This document shows positions 15,038 to 23,467 of a stretch of DNA of 26,132 nt, one piece after another. This DNA is from a virus (lineage: Duplodnaviria > Caudoviricetes), in the IMG/VR virus record IMGVR_UViG_3300022179_000438, positions 1 through 26,132 of that record, one strand, 5' to 3'. The notes below the pieces were generated by a model. It ran no database searches, was not told where the DNA came from, and worked only from the letters and a program-made list of their open reading frames with translations. The position numbers were made by a program, and so were the translations under genes. Each line of letters starts with the position of its first letter. Within the stretch, counting starts at the first letter, position 1.

Positions 15038-15431
15038 GAACTACGGTGGAATTGAGGATAATTTTCAGCTTGTTGCTGATCTGGCAAGCCTGCGTCTGGG
15101 CCGCGATATTCATCCCTTTGAGGTAGCGACCATCATGGTCTGCGTTAAGAACGCTAGAGCGTTCAGCGATCCGACGCACATCGACAGCCGCCTTGACGCG
15201 ATGAATTATGAAGCGTTTGCGGCGATGTTCGCTAATGATTACGTGAGCCAGAAGGCCGCGACTGGCGCTAACATCGGTTATAAGAAGCGCGCCAATCTAA
15301 CGCCCGCGAAGAAAGAAGAGTTAAAGCCTGCACGCCGCGCGGAGCTTGCCGTAATCGACGATAAACTGAGCCGTTTCGGATCCACGGAGCCGCCTAAGTT
15401 CGCTGGCAACGGCGCGCTGTTGAGCGACTGA
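14982..15431 (+). CDS. DUF6378-like protein (nucleotide pyrophosphohydrolase-related fold)
   Basis: LLQQASEIISERGENYG...NF..VA.L...MVCVKNAR...H.DS.LD..NY pattern. Confidence 0.7.
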   Translation: MNPHDLLQQASEIISERGENYGGIEDNFQLVADLASLRLGRDIHPFEVATIMVCVKNARAFSDPTHIDSRLDAMNYEAFAAMFANDYVSQKAATGANIGYKKRANLTPAKKEELKPARRAELAVIDDKLSRFGSTEPPKFAGNGALLSD

Positions 15432-15542
15432 GTATTGAGCGAGTGGCGGACACGATCCGCCGCTCGTTGACTGGCAACTAGAAAGTGCCGTTGTCGAGAT
15501 CAATAGCAGTATCGTCCACGGTTTTAGGGGCCATAACGACAT
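15321..15542 (-). CDS. Outer-membrane lipoprotein, o-spanin (Rz1-like)
   Basis: Hydrophobic signal with lipobox LSSC, then CPPL and a C-terminal Cys; overlaps the i-spanin in another frame at the end of the lysis cassette. Confidence 0.75.
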   Translation of the reverse strand: MSLWPLKPWTILLLISTTALSSCQSTSGGSCPPLAQYSVAQQRAVASELRRLRGSETAQFIVDYGKLRAACRL

Positions 15543-15690
15543 TAGTCTGTTGCGCTTTCAGTTTGGCTTGAAGATCCATACGACGTGTGACTTCCTCACG
15601 CCGCCCACGATCATAAGCGTCAGCGATTAATATTTTAACGCCGCCGTAGAGCACCGTTAAAAATAAGCCAATTAAGATAGCAGTTGTCAT
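15478..15690 (-). CDS. Inner-membrane i-spanin (Rz-like)
   Basis: N-terminal TM helix followed by a short coiled coil; lies downstream of the holin. Confidence 0.7.
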   Translation of the reverse strand: MTTAILIGLFLTVLYGGVKILIADAYDRGRREEVTRRMDLQAKLKAQQTNVVMAPKTVDDTAIDLDNGTF

Positions 15691-15848
15691 GCGCCCGTGA
15701 CGTTAAAATCTTTAGCGCCGAGAAGACCAATAGCAATCAACGCAGCTTGCAAAGAAGGCCAGTCGAGCGTCTTGGTCTGCCAAGCGTTGAAGAGGACACC
15801 AACGAGAGTGAGAATGCCCGGGATGGTGGTTTTCCAATTCTTAATCAT
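15687..15848 (-). CDS. Putative two-TM holin (53 aa; not in the ORF track)
   Basis: MIKNWKTTIPGILTLVGVLFNAWQTKTLDWPSLQAALIAIGLLGAKDFNVTGA; GAGGAG RBS; ATGA overlap with the i-spanin. Confidence 0.75.
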   Translation of the reverse strand: MIKNWKTTIPGILTLVGVLFNAWQTKTLDWPSLQAALIAIGLLGAKDFNVTGA

Positions 15849-15926
15849 TCGAGTGCTCCTCTAAAATAAATGCCAAGCATAAATGCTAGTTTCGCAACAT
15901 ATGACGCCGTAAGAGCGACAATGATT

Positions 15927-16430
15927 CTATTTAACAAGCGCTATAATCTGCGCTTTAACGTCTGCAATACGCGCAGCCCAGCCTTTGCCAAACGTAGACC
16001 AGATCGACAAGGATTGCATAAACGCCAGACGCTTGTTCGTGACGGCCATAGCGACGTAGGTCTTGGTGGCTTGGATGGTTGCAGGGCCGATCTGACCGTC
16101 CTGCGTAACGCCGACAACAGCTTGAAGATATTTGGCGGCTCTTGATACGCCGCTGTTTACTGCAAAATCGAACACAGCAAAATCAACGCCGTCGGGCAAA
16201 TTATCTCCAGAAACACGATCCCAATAGAGGTTCTTGTAAATCGCCGCAACTTCCGAATCAGCAATAGCGCGCACGCTCTGCGTTGGGAGATTCTGTGATT
16301 TACGCCAACTGTCATAGACCGCTTGCGTAACGCCCTTATTCGTCGGGCCGCCTGGATCTTTTGGGTGGTCAACGTAGCCGCCCTCATATTTGAGAACCTG
16401 CTTTAGCGCCTGTGGATAGTTCTCTTTCAT
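15927..16430 (-). CDS. Endolysin, glycoside hydrolase family 108 with C-terminal peptidoglycan-binding region
   Basis: EGGYVDHPKDPGGPTNKGVT catalytic motif, FDFAVNSG, DGQIGPAT, FGKGWAAR. Confidence 0.95.
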   Translation of the reverse strand: MKENYPQALKQVLKYEGGYVDHPKDPGGPTNKGVTQAVYDSWRKSQNLPTQSVRAIADSEVAAIYKNLYWDRVSGDNLPDGVDFAVFDFAVNSGVSRAAKYLQAVVGVTQDGQIGPATIQATKTYVAMAVTNKRLAFMQSLSIWSTFGKGWAARIADVKAQIIALVK

Positions 16431-16690
16431 CGCCGGTCTGCTTTCTGGCTTACAAGATCTCGAATGGTGTCAAGTTTTGCAAACACTTGATTGAGCACGG
16501 TATTAAATTCTTCGCGTGTGATGTAACGACCAGCAACAAGCACCTCGATCTCACCAACCTTTTCGGCTAATTCTTTATCGGCAACTTGCAGATCTTTGAC
16601 AGCGCCCCAGACGGTATTCAATACCCATCCGCCCAGGACGCCGATAACGCCTACGGCGACATCAAAGAAGACTTGGATTTCGCTGTTCAT
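16427..16690 (-). CDS. Membrane-anchored coiled-coil protein (holin/antiholin candidate)
   Basis: N-terminal TM segment followed by a coiled coil; coupled to the endolysin by ATGA. Confidence 0.65.
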   Translation of the reverse strand: MNSEIQVFFDVAVGVIGVLGGWVLNTVWGAVKDLQVADKELAEKVGEIEVLVAGRYITREEFNTVLNQVFAKLDTIRDLVSQKADRR

Positions 16691-18285
16691 TGGGGAGCCA
16701 TCGCGTTTACGCCTTGCGCCATTGCAGGCAAGCCAAAGTTAGCAGGTGCTAATGGTGCAGCAAGTGCGCCACCGCGCGTTGACGCAGCTAGATTTCTCAT
16801 AGCCATGTTAGCCAATATATTGCGACCGCCCCGCGCTAATAAACCACCCGCAGCAAGGCCACCCACAGCCGCCGGGATAATAGGCATACCGGCCGTCGCG
16901 CCAGCATAACCGATACCGCCTTGAATACCGCCTTTAAGAAGACCAGGCACGCTGAAGGACGGCGCGAACTTACTAAGACCGCTGACAACACCGGGGGCAA
17001 ATTCGCCCGCCGCGATTGACGAGATAGCCTGTTGTTGTTCAGGCGTGAATCGCCGCAACCGTGCAGGCTTTTCGGCTATGCGCTGCATTTGTGTCTGAAC
17101 GGCTGAACCAAAATCAGATTTTGTAGCCGCGCGTTTAATCGCTTGTTCGACTTCCGTGCTTTGGCTCATTTGCCGGTATTTACTTATCGCGTCTTGAAAA
17201 GTTTGCGTTACCGCAGGCGCGTTCATAGCTGTCTTACTAACAGTAGATACGTTGTTTAGATCCGTAATAAAATCATCTAAAGCGTCAGTCATTTCGCCGC
17301 CCATGCGACGAATATTACGATCTGGGTTTATGCGAAGCCGATTGCCGATAAATTTACGGACGCTATGAAGATCTGAAAGTGACGTTTTGCCTTTTTCAGC
17401 TTTTTCATTTAATTTTTTAAACGCTGCATTTACCGCCGTGTCCATATCAGAATCATAATCTTCAAGAGTATTCTGAAGATTAGACGTAAATTTTTCTAAT
17501 GCTGATTTATCGTAATTTAATCCGGCATTTTTGGAAGCATTAAACGCTGCGTCAGCTTCCTTACCAAGTTGCTGTGTAGATGGGACGCCAATATTTTGAA
17601 GAGTGGCCGACGCTGATCTTCCGATTTTATTTAACGCGCTAACTGATTTACCAGCGGCAGCGCCGCCAAGAATAGCCGCGCCAAATTGCGTGTAAGGATC
17701 AGCGCCCGCTTGTTGCGCGGCTTCAGCCGCAACCGGCGCTGCAATGCCCGCTGCCGTTTGCGCGACTGGTTGCGCGGCTAATACGTTAAGCGCTGCCGGA
17801 GCTGCGCGCCCTGCCGTTGACATCGCGTTAATGGCTGATCGTGCAGCGCCTGCGCCGGTCGCCGCGCCAAGACCACCTTCAACGCCAGCGGCTAACATGC
17901 GCTCTTGCGGCGTCTGTGGCTGAAACTCTTGCGGAAGCGCGCCGCGAATATACTCAAACGGTGTCTTGACAGGCTTGTAGCCAGTCGCGCTTCGCGCAAC
18001 ATTATAAAGATTGCCAACAAGTTCAGCGCCGCCAAGCAACGCCGCGCCGCCTAATGCCGCCGGAATCGCTGCGCCGCCACCTAATGCCGCTGCGCCCATG
18101 CCGCCTAACGCGCCTACGACTGTCGGCGCTGCCGCACCCATAGCGACAGGAACTGCGCGTTCGGCAGTTAAACTTTTCTCAGGTGCGGTGCCGCCGTGTT
18201 TGGCTATTAAAGCTGCATAGTCTACCGCGCTTGGTTCTGGCGCGGTGCCACCGTGTTTAGCAATGAGCGCGGCATAATCGACCAT
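16687..18285 (-). CDS. DNA ejection / internal virion protein
   Basis: 532 aa, Ala/Gly-rich with hydrophobic GxxxG-rich helices; last of three such genes after the tail genes. Confidence 0.7.
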   Translation of the reverse strand: MVDYAALIAKHGGTAPEPSAVDYAALIAKHGGTAPEKSLTAERAVPVAMGAAAPTVVGALGGMGAAALGGGAAIPAALGGAALLGGAELVGNLYNVARSATGYKPVKTPFEYIRGALPQEFQPQTPQERMLAAGVEGGLGAATGAGAARSAINAMSTAGRAAPAALNVLAAQPVAQTAAGIAAPVAAEAAQQAGADPYTQFGAAILGGAAAGKSVSALNKIGRSASATLQNIGVPSTQQLGKEADAAFNASKNAGLNYDKSALEKFTSNLQNTLEDYDSDMDTAVNAAFKKLNEKAEKGKTSLSDLHSVRKFIGNRLRINPDRNIRRMGGEMTDALDDFITDLNNVSTVSKTAMNAPAVTQTFQDAISKYRQMSQSTEVEQAIKRAATKSDFGSAVQTQMQRIAEKPARLRRFTPEQQQAISSIAAGEFAPGVVSGLSKFAPSFSVPGLLKGGIQGGIGYAGATAGMPIIPAAVGGLAAGGLLARGGRNILANMAMRNLAASTRGGALAAPLAPANFGLPAMAQGVNAMAPQ

Positions 18286-18287
18286 CT

Positions 18288-20054
18288 TTAGAGGCCCGCC
18301 TCTTTTCTAAATGCGTCTGCCGCTTCTTGGCTAGGGAATGGAACTGCGCCCATGCCAGGAACATTCACCGTGAAAGTCTTCGCTGCGCCTTCAGCTTTAA
18401 GTGTGCCAGTGCCAAAGCGTTTATCAAGGTCAACTACAATCTTACGAAGAGCATCAATCGTCAGATCACTTCCGCCAAGAATTTTCTTCTTGGCCTCAAG
18501 TTCAGCAATTGTATTGCCTTCGCCGCCGGTCATTGTGCCAGTGTCACGCAACATATTGATATACTGATCTATCTTGTTGATCGTAACATCGCGCAGTTCT
18601 TGACCCGCTGGATCTATTGTGCGCGCAACGGCTGGCGGTATATTCGCCATTGCAATTTTTTTAGCGCGAGAAATGCCGCCTTCCTCTTTAGTCGGAAGAA
18701 GACCGGCACGCTGTTGATCTTCATAAGAGGTAAGAAGGTCTTTAAAGAACTCTGTGTTCTTTTTCTTTAACGGCTGTTTTGCGAACTCCGCAAGTGTCAT
18801 TGGTGGTGCCGCTGGAGCGGCCATCGCGTTCTGAATCGGCATAGCGCCGCCCGCCATCATGTTGATAGGCGGCACAATCTGCGGAGACATACCAAGAGCC
18901 GCAGGGGGCGGAGCGGCGGCAAATGATGGAACCGCAGCCGTTCCAGGCATTTCGCTACCGCGAATCGTCGCGGCTTCGCTCATGCGGCGTCCGCGATTAA
19001 CTCCTTTGTTATCGTCGGCTAATGCTTCGACTGCGTTAGCTATTGCGTTAACATTGCCTGTCTTAACAGCGGCAACGACTTTGTTCGGAAGGCTACCATA
19101 GTTATAAGTAACCGATGTCAGCGCGCCCGCGACGTTCTCCGGCAGACGATCCCAATTCTCTTGGCCGACTTGTGCCGCCGCTTTAGGAATAAACTCAGTT
19201 TCAATCCGGCGTTTTAAATCGCGTTCCGCGTCTTTCTGAGTTGTCGTCGTGCTCTTAGTAACAGGAACAACTTTGCCTTCTGGCGTTGTTACCGTGTCGC
19301 TGCCGTAACCGACGCGCTGTGCGTTAACGTCAAAATATGGCTTCTCTCTAAACCTTTCAAACTTGCGGGTAAGATCCATACCGACTGCCGCGCCACGCGG
19401 CCCTGGCATACCATCAACAGGCGCAGCAACAGTAGGTGCAGCTTGGCCTGGTAGGGTCAACTCTTGAATCTGCGTGCTACCCTTTTCGCGGACGCCGATA
19501 ATATTTCCGTCTTTGTCTTTTACTTCGACAAGATCTTTAGCCCCTGGCTGAAATGATCCGCTGACCATGCGCTCCGTTTGAGAGTATGGGTCGAAGATAA
19601 ACGTAGCCTTGCCGACTTTACCATCCACCATTGTGTCGCGCTCTTTAGGCGCGGTCACTTTCATAAAGTCATCGTGAGAAGTAACAATACTGCGCTGCGT
19701 GTCAGCATTGAAAACGCTTGGAAGGCCGCCTAAAAGTGACGGCGCTTTAGGCTGAAATTCTTTTAGTAGCGCATCATAACGCGCTTGTGCGTCAGGTGCA
19801 GTCGGCGGAATCTGCATAACGCGGTCTTTAAAGATATTTGCGTTCTTAACAGCAAAATCTAATTCGTCTGCCTGTTTCTTAAGTCGAGCGTTTTCGGCGT
19901 CTTGCTCTGCTTTAGCCGCCGCAATATCGGTAGCTTGCGCGAGCTTTTCTTGCTGTAATTGCTGATTTTGTAGCGCCGCACCTTGGGCGTAAGCACCCAA
20001 CAAATTAAAATTAGGCACCTGAAATTCAGGAAATGGCTGATACTGAATTGGCAT
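18288..20054 (-). CDS. DNA ejection / internal virion protein with a GH24-type lysozyme domain
   Basis: Start probably ATG 20054 (GAGGA RBS). Internal FERFREKPYFDVNAQRVGYG...ALTSVTYNYG...RRMSEA resembles phage lysozyme. Confidence 0.75.
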   Translation of the reverse strand: MPIQYQPFPEFQVPNFNLLGAYAQGAALQNQQLQQEKLAQATDIAAAKAEQDAENARLKKQADELDFAVKNANIFKDRVMQIPPTAPDAQARYDALLKEFQPKAPSLLGGLPSVFNADTQRSIVTSHDDFMKVTAPKERDTMVDGKVGKATFIFDPYSQTERMVSGSFQPGAKDLVEVKDKDGNIIGVREKGSTQIQELTLPGQAAPTVAAPVDGMPGPRGAAVGMDLTRKFERFREKPYFDVNAQRVGYGSDTVTTPEGKVVPVTKSTTTTQKDAERDLKRRIETEFIPKAAAQVGQENWDRLPENVAGALTSVTYNYGSLPNKVVAAVKTGNVNAIANAVEALADDNKGVNRGRRMSEAATIRGSEMPGTAAVPSFAAAPPPAALGMSPQIVPPINMMAGGAMPIQNAMAAPAAPPMTLAEFAKQPLKKKNTEFFKDLLTSYEDQQRAGLLPTKEEGGISRAKKIAMANIPPAVARTIDPAGQELRDVTINKIDQYINMLRDTGTMTGGEGNTIAELEAKKKILGGSDLTIDALRKIVVDLDKRFGTGTLKAEGAAKTFTVNVPGMGAVPFPSQEAADAFRKEAGL

Positions 20055-20066
20055 CATAGTCCTCAA

Positions 20067-20945
20067 TTAGTAAATGCTGCCAGTTCTTGCATAGCGGCCG
20101 CCAAGTGCCGCCGCGCCCGCTTGTGCGGCAGATCCAAGTGCAGCCGAAAGAGCATTTGTCGGGGCCATCGCGCTCTGAGCGTAAATCGAACCGATGTTAG
20201 CCGCGCCTTGAGCAAGACCTTGGCCCAAACCGCCATAGACGCCAGCTAACTGATTGCCCGCACCCGTATAAGTGCTCGCTAAATTAGCGGCTGTATTGCC
20301 ATATACGTTAGCAAGATCACCAGCGGTGCCACGATAGACGTTAGCGACGTTAGCGCCAGTTGTGCCCGCCAAACCAGAGGCGATATTAGCTGCGCCTGCG
20401 CCCTGACCGCTAAGATTTTGAAGCCCTTGCGTCGCGGCGAGGCGATTAGCCATGAAGCGATTGTAAGCATTGCTATATTCTTGGCTACCGGCCTCTTGAC
20501 CGTAGCGCGTAGCGGCTTTCAACGCGCCGCCCGAACCAGCTAAACCGCCAGCTCTTGCAGCGTTCATCATCGCTTGTTGGCCTTGCTGAAGCCGGAAGGC
20601 ATAGCTTGGATCCATCTGAAGCTGTTCAAGCGTAGGCTGTTGTGTGTACGCGCCGCCAGGGCCAAAGAGCTGCGCAAGCTGATTTGTTGCCTGCGTTCCT
20701 GCCTGCATATACGGTTGTTGATAGCCTACGCCTTCTTGATAGTATTGCGGAAGCGCTTGCAGCGCGCCAGTCTGACCAGCCTGAAGCGCGCCCGCGCCTT
20801 GAGTCTGACCTTGCCTGAGAGCATCCGCTGCTTGTTGTCGCGCTTGTTCAAGAGCTTGCTGTTGCTGTTGAGCCGCAGCCGCTTGGAACATCATGCCCTG
20901 TTGGGTGCCTTGCGCTTGAGCATTAGCGGCTGATTGAAAACCCAT
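20067..20945 (-). CDS. DNA ejection protein (P22 gp7-like position and composition)
   Basis: Gln/Ala/Gly-rich; PYMQAG, DPSYAFRLQQG, AARAGGLAGSGGALKA motifs; 11-residue repeats. Confidence 0.75.
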   Translation of the reverse strand: MGFQSAANAQAQGTQQGMMFQAAAAQQQQQALEQARQQAADALRQGQTQGAGALQAGQTGALQALPQYYQEGVGYQQPYMQAGTQATNQLAQLFGPGGAYTQQPTLEQLQMDPSYAFRLQQGQQAMMNAARAGGLAGSGGALKAATRYGQEAGSQEYSNAYNRFMANRLAATQGLQNLSGQGAGAANIASGLAGTTGANVANVYRGTAGDLANVYGNTAANLASTYTGAGNQLAGVYGGLGQGLAQGAANIGSIYAQSAMAPTNALSAALGSAAQAGAAALGGRYARTGSIY

Positions 20946-20946
20946 A

Positions 20947-21312
20947 TTAGTTCTCTCTTGCTACGGTTCCATCTGCCTGTGGCTTGAAACCTAGTCTTTC
21001 CAATATGTTATACATAAAATCATGGCCTTTAGCGACTTTTGTAAATTGCATATCCGCCAAGATTTCTTTTAACAATCCTTTAGTCAGCCAGCGCCTGCGC
21101 CATTCAGGTAATATTGATACATGAGTTTCGCCGTTTTTGGAATAGATAGCTCCTATCGGCGTGTTATCTCTTAGTATCAACTTCAAATCCCAATCTGCCG
21201 CAATAGCCTCGTAGTCCTCGTAACTTATATAGTCTTCCCAATCAGTCGCGGCATAGCCTATCTTTAAGGCTATAGCGCGATCATTAGGTCTTGATGATGT
21301 ATAGCACGGCAT
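20947..21312 (-). CDS. GNAT-fold-like virion assembly protein
   Basis: HVSILPEWRRRWL...ILERLGFK resembles acetyltransferase-like motifs; position between tail and ejection genes. Start uncertain. Confidence 0.55.
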   Translation of the reverse strand: MPCYTSSRPNDRAIALKIGYAATDWEDYISYEDYEAIAADWDLKLILRDNTPIGAIYSKNGETHVSILPEWRRRWLTKGLLKEILADMQFTKVAKGHDFMYNILERLGFKPQADGTVAREN

Positions 21313-22858
21313 AGTTCTTAGGCCGAGTTTCGACGTTGCCGGTTATCGAGTTTTGAATGACGGCGTATCCAGTTCCTGTCGCTGTGCCTGCCGTGCTTGA
21401 GGCGACATAACTTGTGCCGACGCCTGTAGGGCCGTTTTGGTTAGCATTAGGTGTTGTATAAGTATGCGTATGTCCACTATCTGAATGATTATGATTAAGA
21501 TACGCATCTGCCTGCGCGCTGGCGAATGTGCGGCCTACCGTCAATGTCGTGCCAAAACTAAGCGTTACTGTTGCCGTGGCTGTAGCAGCCGATGATATTG
21601 TAATCGTTGTAGAACTAGTAACGCTCACAATATAAGCGCCGGTAGGTATGCCAGACCCCGATACGGCTTGCCCAGCAAACAAATTAGACGTGCTACTAAC
21701 CGTAACAGTCGTGCTTGCGTTTGTTGTGCTACTGGACGCTAAAGATGTTGAAGACGCAGTAGCCGCTGCCGATATGACAATTGAGTTAGTGGATACGGAC
21801 GATATGGTCGCACCTGAAGGAATACCAGTCCCACTAATTTTCATTCCGGCGTAAAGATATGTTGTTGAATTTATACCACTAACTGTCGTGCTAGTGTTAG
21901 TGGTTATACCGCTTATAGTTGTCGTGTCTTTGCTTGTAGCGGGCGCGCGATCATCATACCCACGCATAAACTGACCGCGAAGATCCGGCACGTTAAATGT
22001 CGTTGAGCCATCGCCTGTCCCCCATGTCGTGCCAATAGCTGCATAAAGATCGGCGTATGTCGTGCGGGAATACGCCGTCCCATCGCACCATAACCAACCC
22101 GTAGGCGCAGTCGAGGCCGCATAAGCCATAAGACTGCCTGGGGGAATTACTTGATCGACATAAGATTTAGTAGCGGCTTGCAGCGCTGTTGTCGGTATAG
22201 CCGGAAGAACAATTGGCACTGTTGACGTGGCGTCCGTAGCGTTGATCGTTAGCCGCGTGACTGAGTTTGTTTTAATTGTAAAATTGCGTGTGTCACTGGC
22301 AGCAAAAATAGAATCCGTGGAGTCAGCCGATATGATTGTCCGCGCAGTTCCTGCAACAGACGAAAGCTGAATTGCACCGTCCGCTATATCAATTGATTGA
22401 GCTGGTGTCGCCGTGCCAATGCCGACAGCGCCAATAGTCGTAATAATAAAAGGTGTTACGTCAGGGTCAGTAGAATCCTGAACTTTAAGCGCTGCGCCAG
22501 AGCCGGTCTGCGTAATCGTAAGCGCGGTGCCGGAGTTATCGGTCGATATGGTGACGTTACCCGCCAAGACCGGCGACACCGACGTGGACGGCGCGACGAC
22601 GTTATCAACTGTCCAAATCTCTGTATTGTTAGAATCTGCAAGTTTAAATTTATACGTTGCCGAGCCAAGCCAGATATTAGCTTCGCCCCGCGCGTCTAAC
22701 ACAATCGGATTGCTGTTAGCCGTCGCGCCGGTCGAATCTGTATAGGTCGCTTGCGGCGTGGTCGTGCCAGCGGCGTAAGTATAAAGAAACCCGCCAGCAA
22801 GCGGGACACCAGCCGCGTCTATAAATTGAGCTTTGGCTGTGGGCGATACAACGGTCAT
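21284..22858 (-). CDS. Tail fibre with tail-collar domain
   Basis: N-terminal virion-attachment region (NPIVLDARGEA), AATKSYVD motif, collar domain PPGSLMAYA...GWLWCDG...FNVPDLRGQFMRG, C-terminal ETRPKNYAVLYIIKT. Confidence 0.9.
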   Translation of the reverse strand: MTVVSPTAKAQFIDAAGVPLAGGFLYTYAAGTTTPQATYTDSTGATANSNPIVLDARGEANIWLGSATYKFKLADSNNTEIWTVDNVVAPSTSVSPVLAGNVTISTDNSGTALTITQTGSGAALKVQDSTDPDVTPFIITTIGAVGIGTATPAQSIDIADGAIQLSSVAGTARTIISADSTDSIFAASDTRNFTIKTNSVTRLTINATDATSTVPIVLPAIPTTALQAATKSYVDQVIPPGSLMAYAASTAPTGWLWCDGTAYSRTTYADLYAAIGTTWGTGDGSTTFNVPDLRGQFMRGYDDRAPATSKDTTTISGITTNTSTTVSGINSTTYLYAGMKISGTGIPSGATISSVSTNSIVISAAATASSTSLASSSTTNASTTVTVSSTSNLFAGQAVSGSGIPTGAYIVSVTSSTTITISSAATATATVTLSFGTTLTVGRTFASAQADAYLNHNHSDSGHTHTYTTPNANQNGPTGVGTSYVASSTAGTATGTGYAVIQNSITGNVETRPKNYAVLYIIKT

Positions 22859-23467
22859 TTAGACACCTACACAACTTGTAACGGTCAGGATGACCGAAGG
22901 GATAGCGGGAACTGGGCTAGACGCAGCCACATACGGAATTGAGACATTTAAACTGCTAGAGGAATAAACCAGCTCAAAATAATCGCCTGTCTGAAGGTTT
23001 AGCACGAAATTCCATGCGGCGACAATCGCGTCGTTAGATCCGCCGGTTAATGTCACTTCTGTCGCCGAATCATCTACATCAATACCGTTTATTCGAGGCC
23101 ACATATAAACGCGCTTAGTGCCGCCTGCCGTATTATGTATTTGCGCGGAAAACTGAAAATTATATGTGGCTGTGTTGTCTACATAGACTTGCGAAGTAAC
23201 CGAACCAAGATAAACGCCATAGGTCAAATCAGACCCATCCGCGCGAGTATATGTATTATTGAATGTTATGGCGTATGCCGTGTTAATTGCGGCAGGCGTA
23301 AAAGTCGTTGTGCTATAAAACGACCCATACCGCCGCCCAGCTTCTAACGCTATGTAGGTATTAAAGAACCAACGATACCAAGGCCGATTAACAAACCCCG
23401 TAGAATCGTCATTCATCTTGACGCGCGCGGCGGGGATCTGTGTGTTATTATCAGCCAGATTAGGCAT
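22859..23467 (-). CDS. Putative tail/virion structural protein (202 aa)
   Basis: In the late operon between hub and fibre; RPWYRWF motif and a beta-rich C-terminal domain. Confidence 0.7.
   Translation of the reverse strand: MPNLADNNTQIPAARVKMNDDSTGFVNRPWYRWFFNTYIALEAGRRYGSFYSTTTFTPAAINTAYAITFNNTYTRADGSDLTYGVYLGSVTSQVYVDNTATYNFQFSAQIHNTAGGTKRVYMWPRINGIDVDDSATEVTLTGGSNDAIVAAWNFVLNLQTGDYFELVYSSSSLNVSIPYVAASSPVPAIPSVILTVTSCVGV

Noticed and set aside
20200-20370. 11-residue repeats in the gp7-like ejection protein
   Set aside because: Real but typical of helical ejection proteins; not unusual.
21284-22858. Diversity-generating retroelement or invertible segment acting on the tail fibre
   Set aside because: No reverse transcriptase, invertase or adenine-specific template/variable repeat pair is visible in the window.
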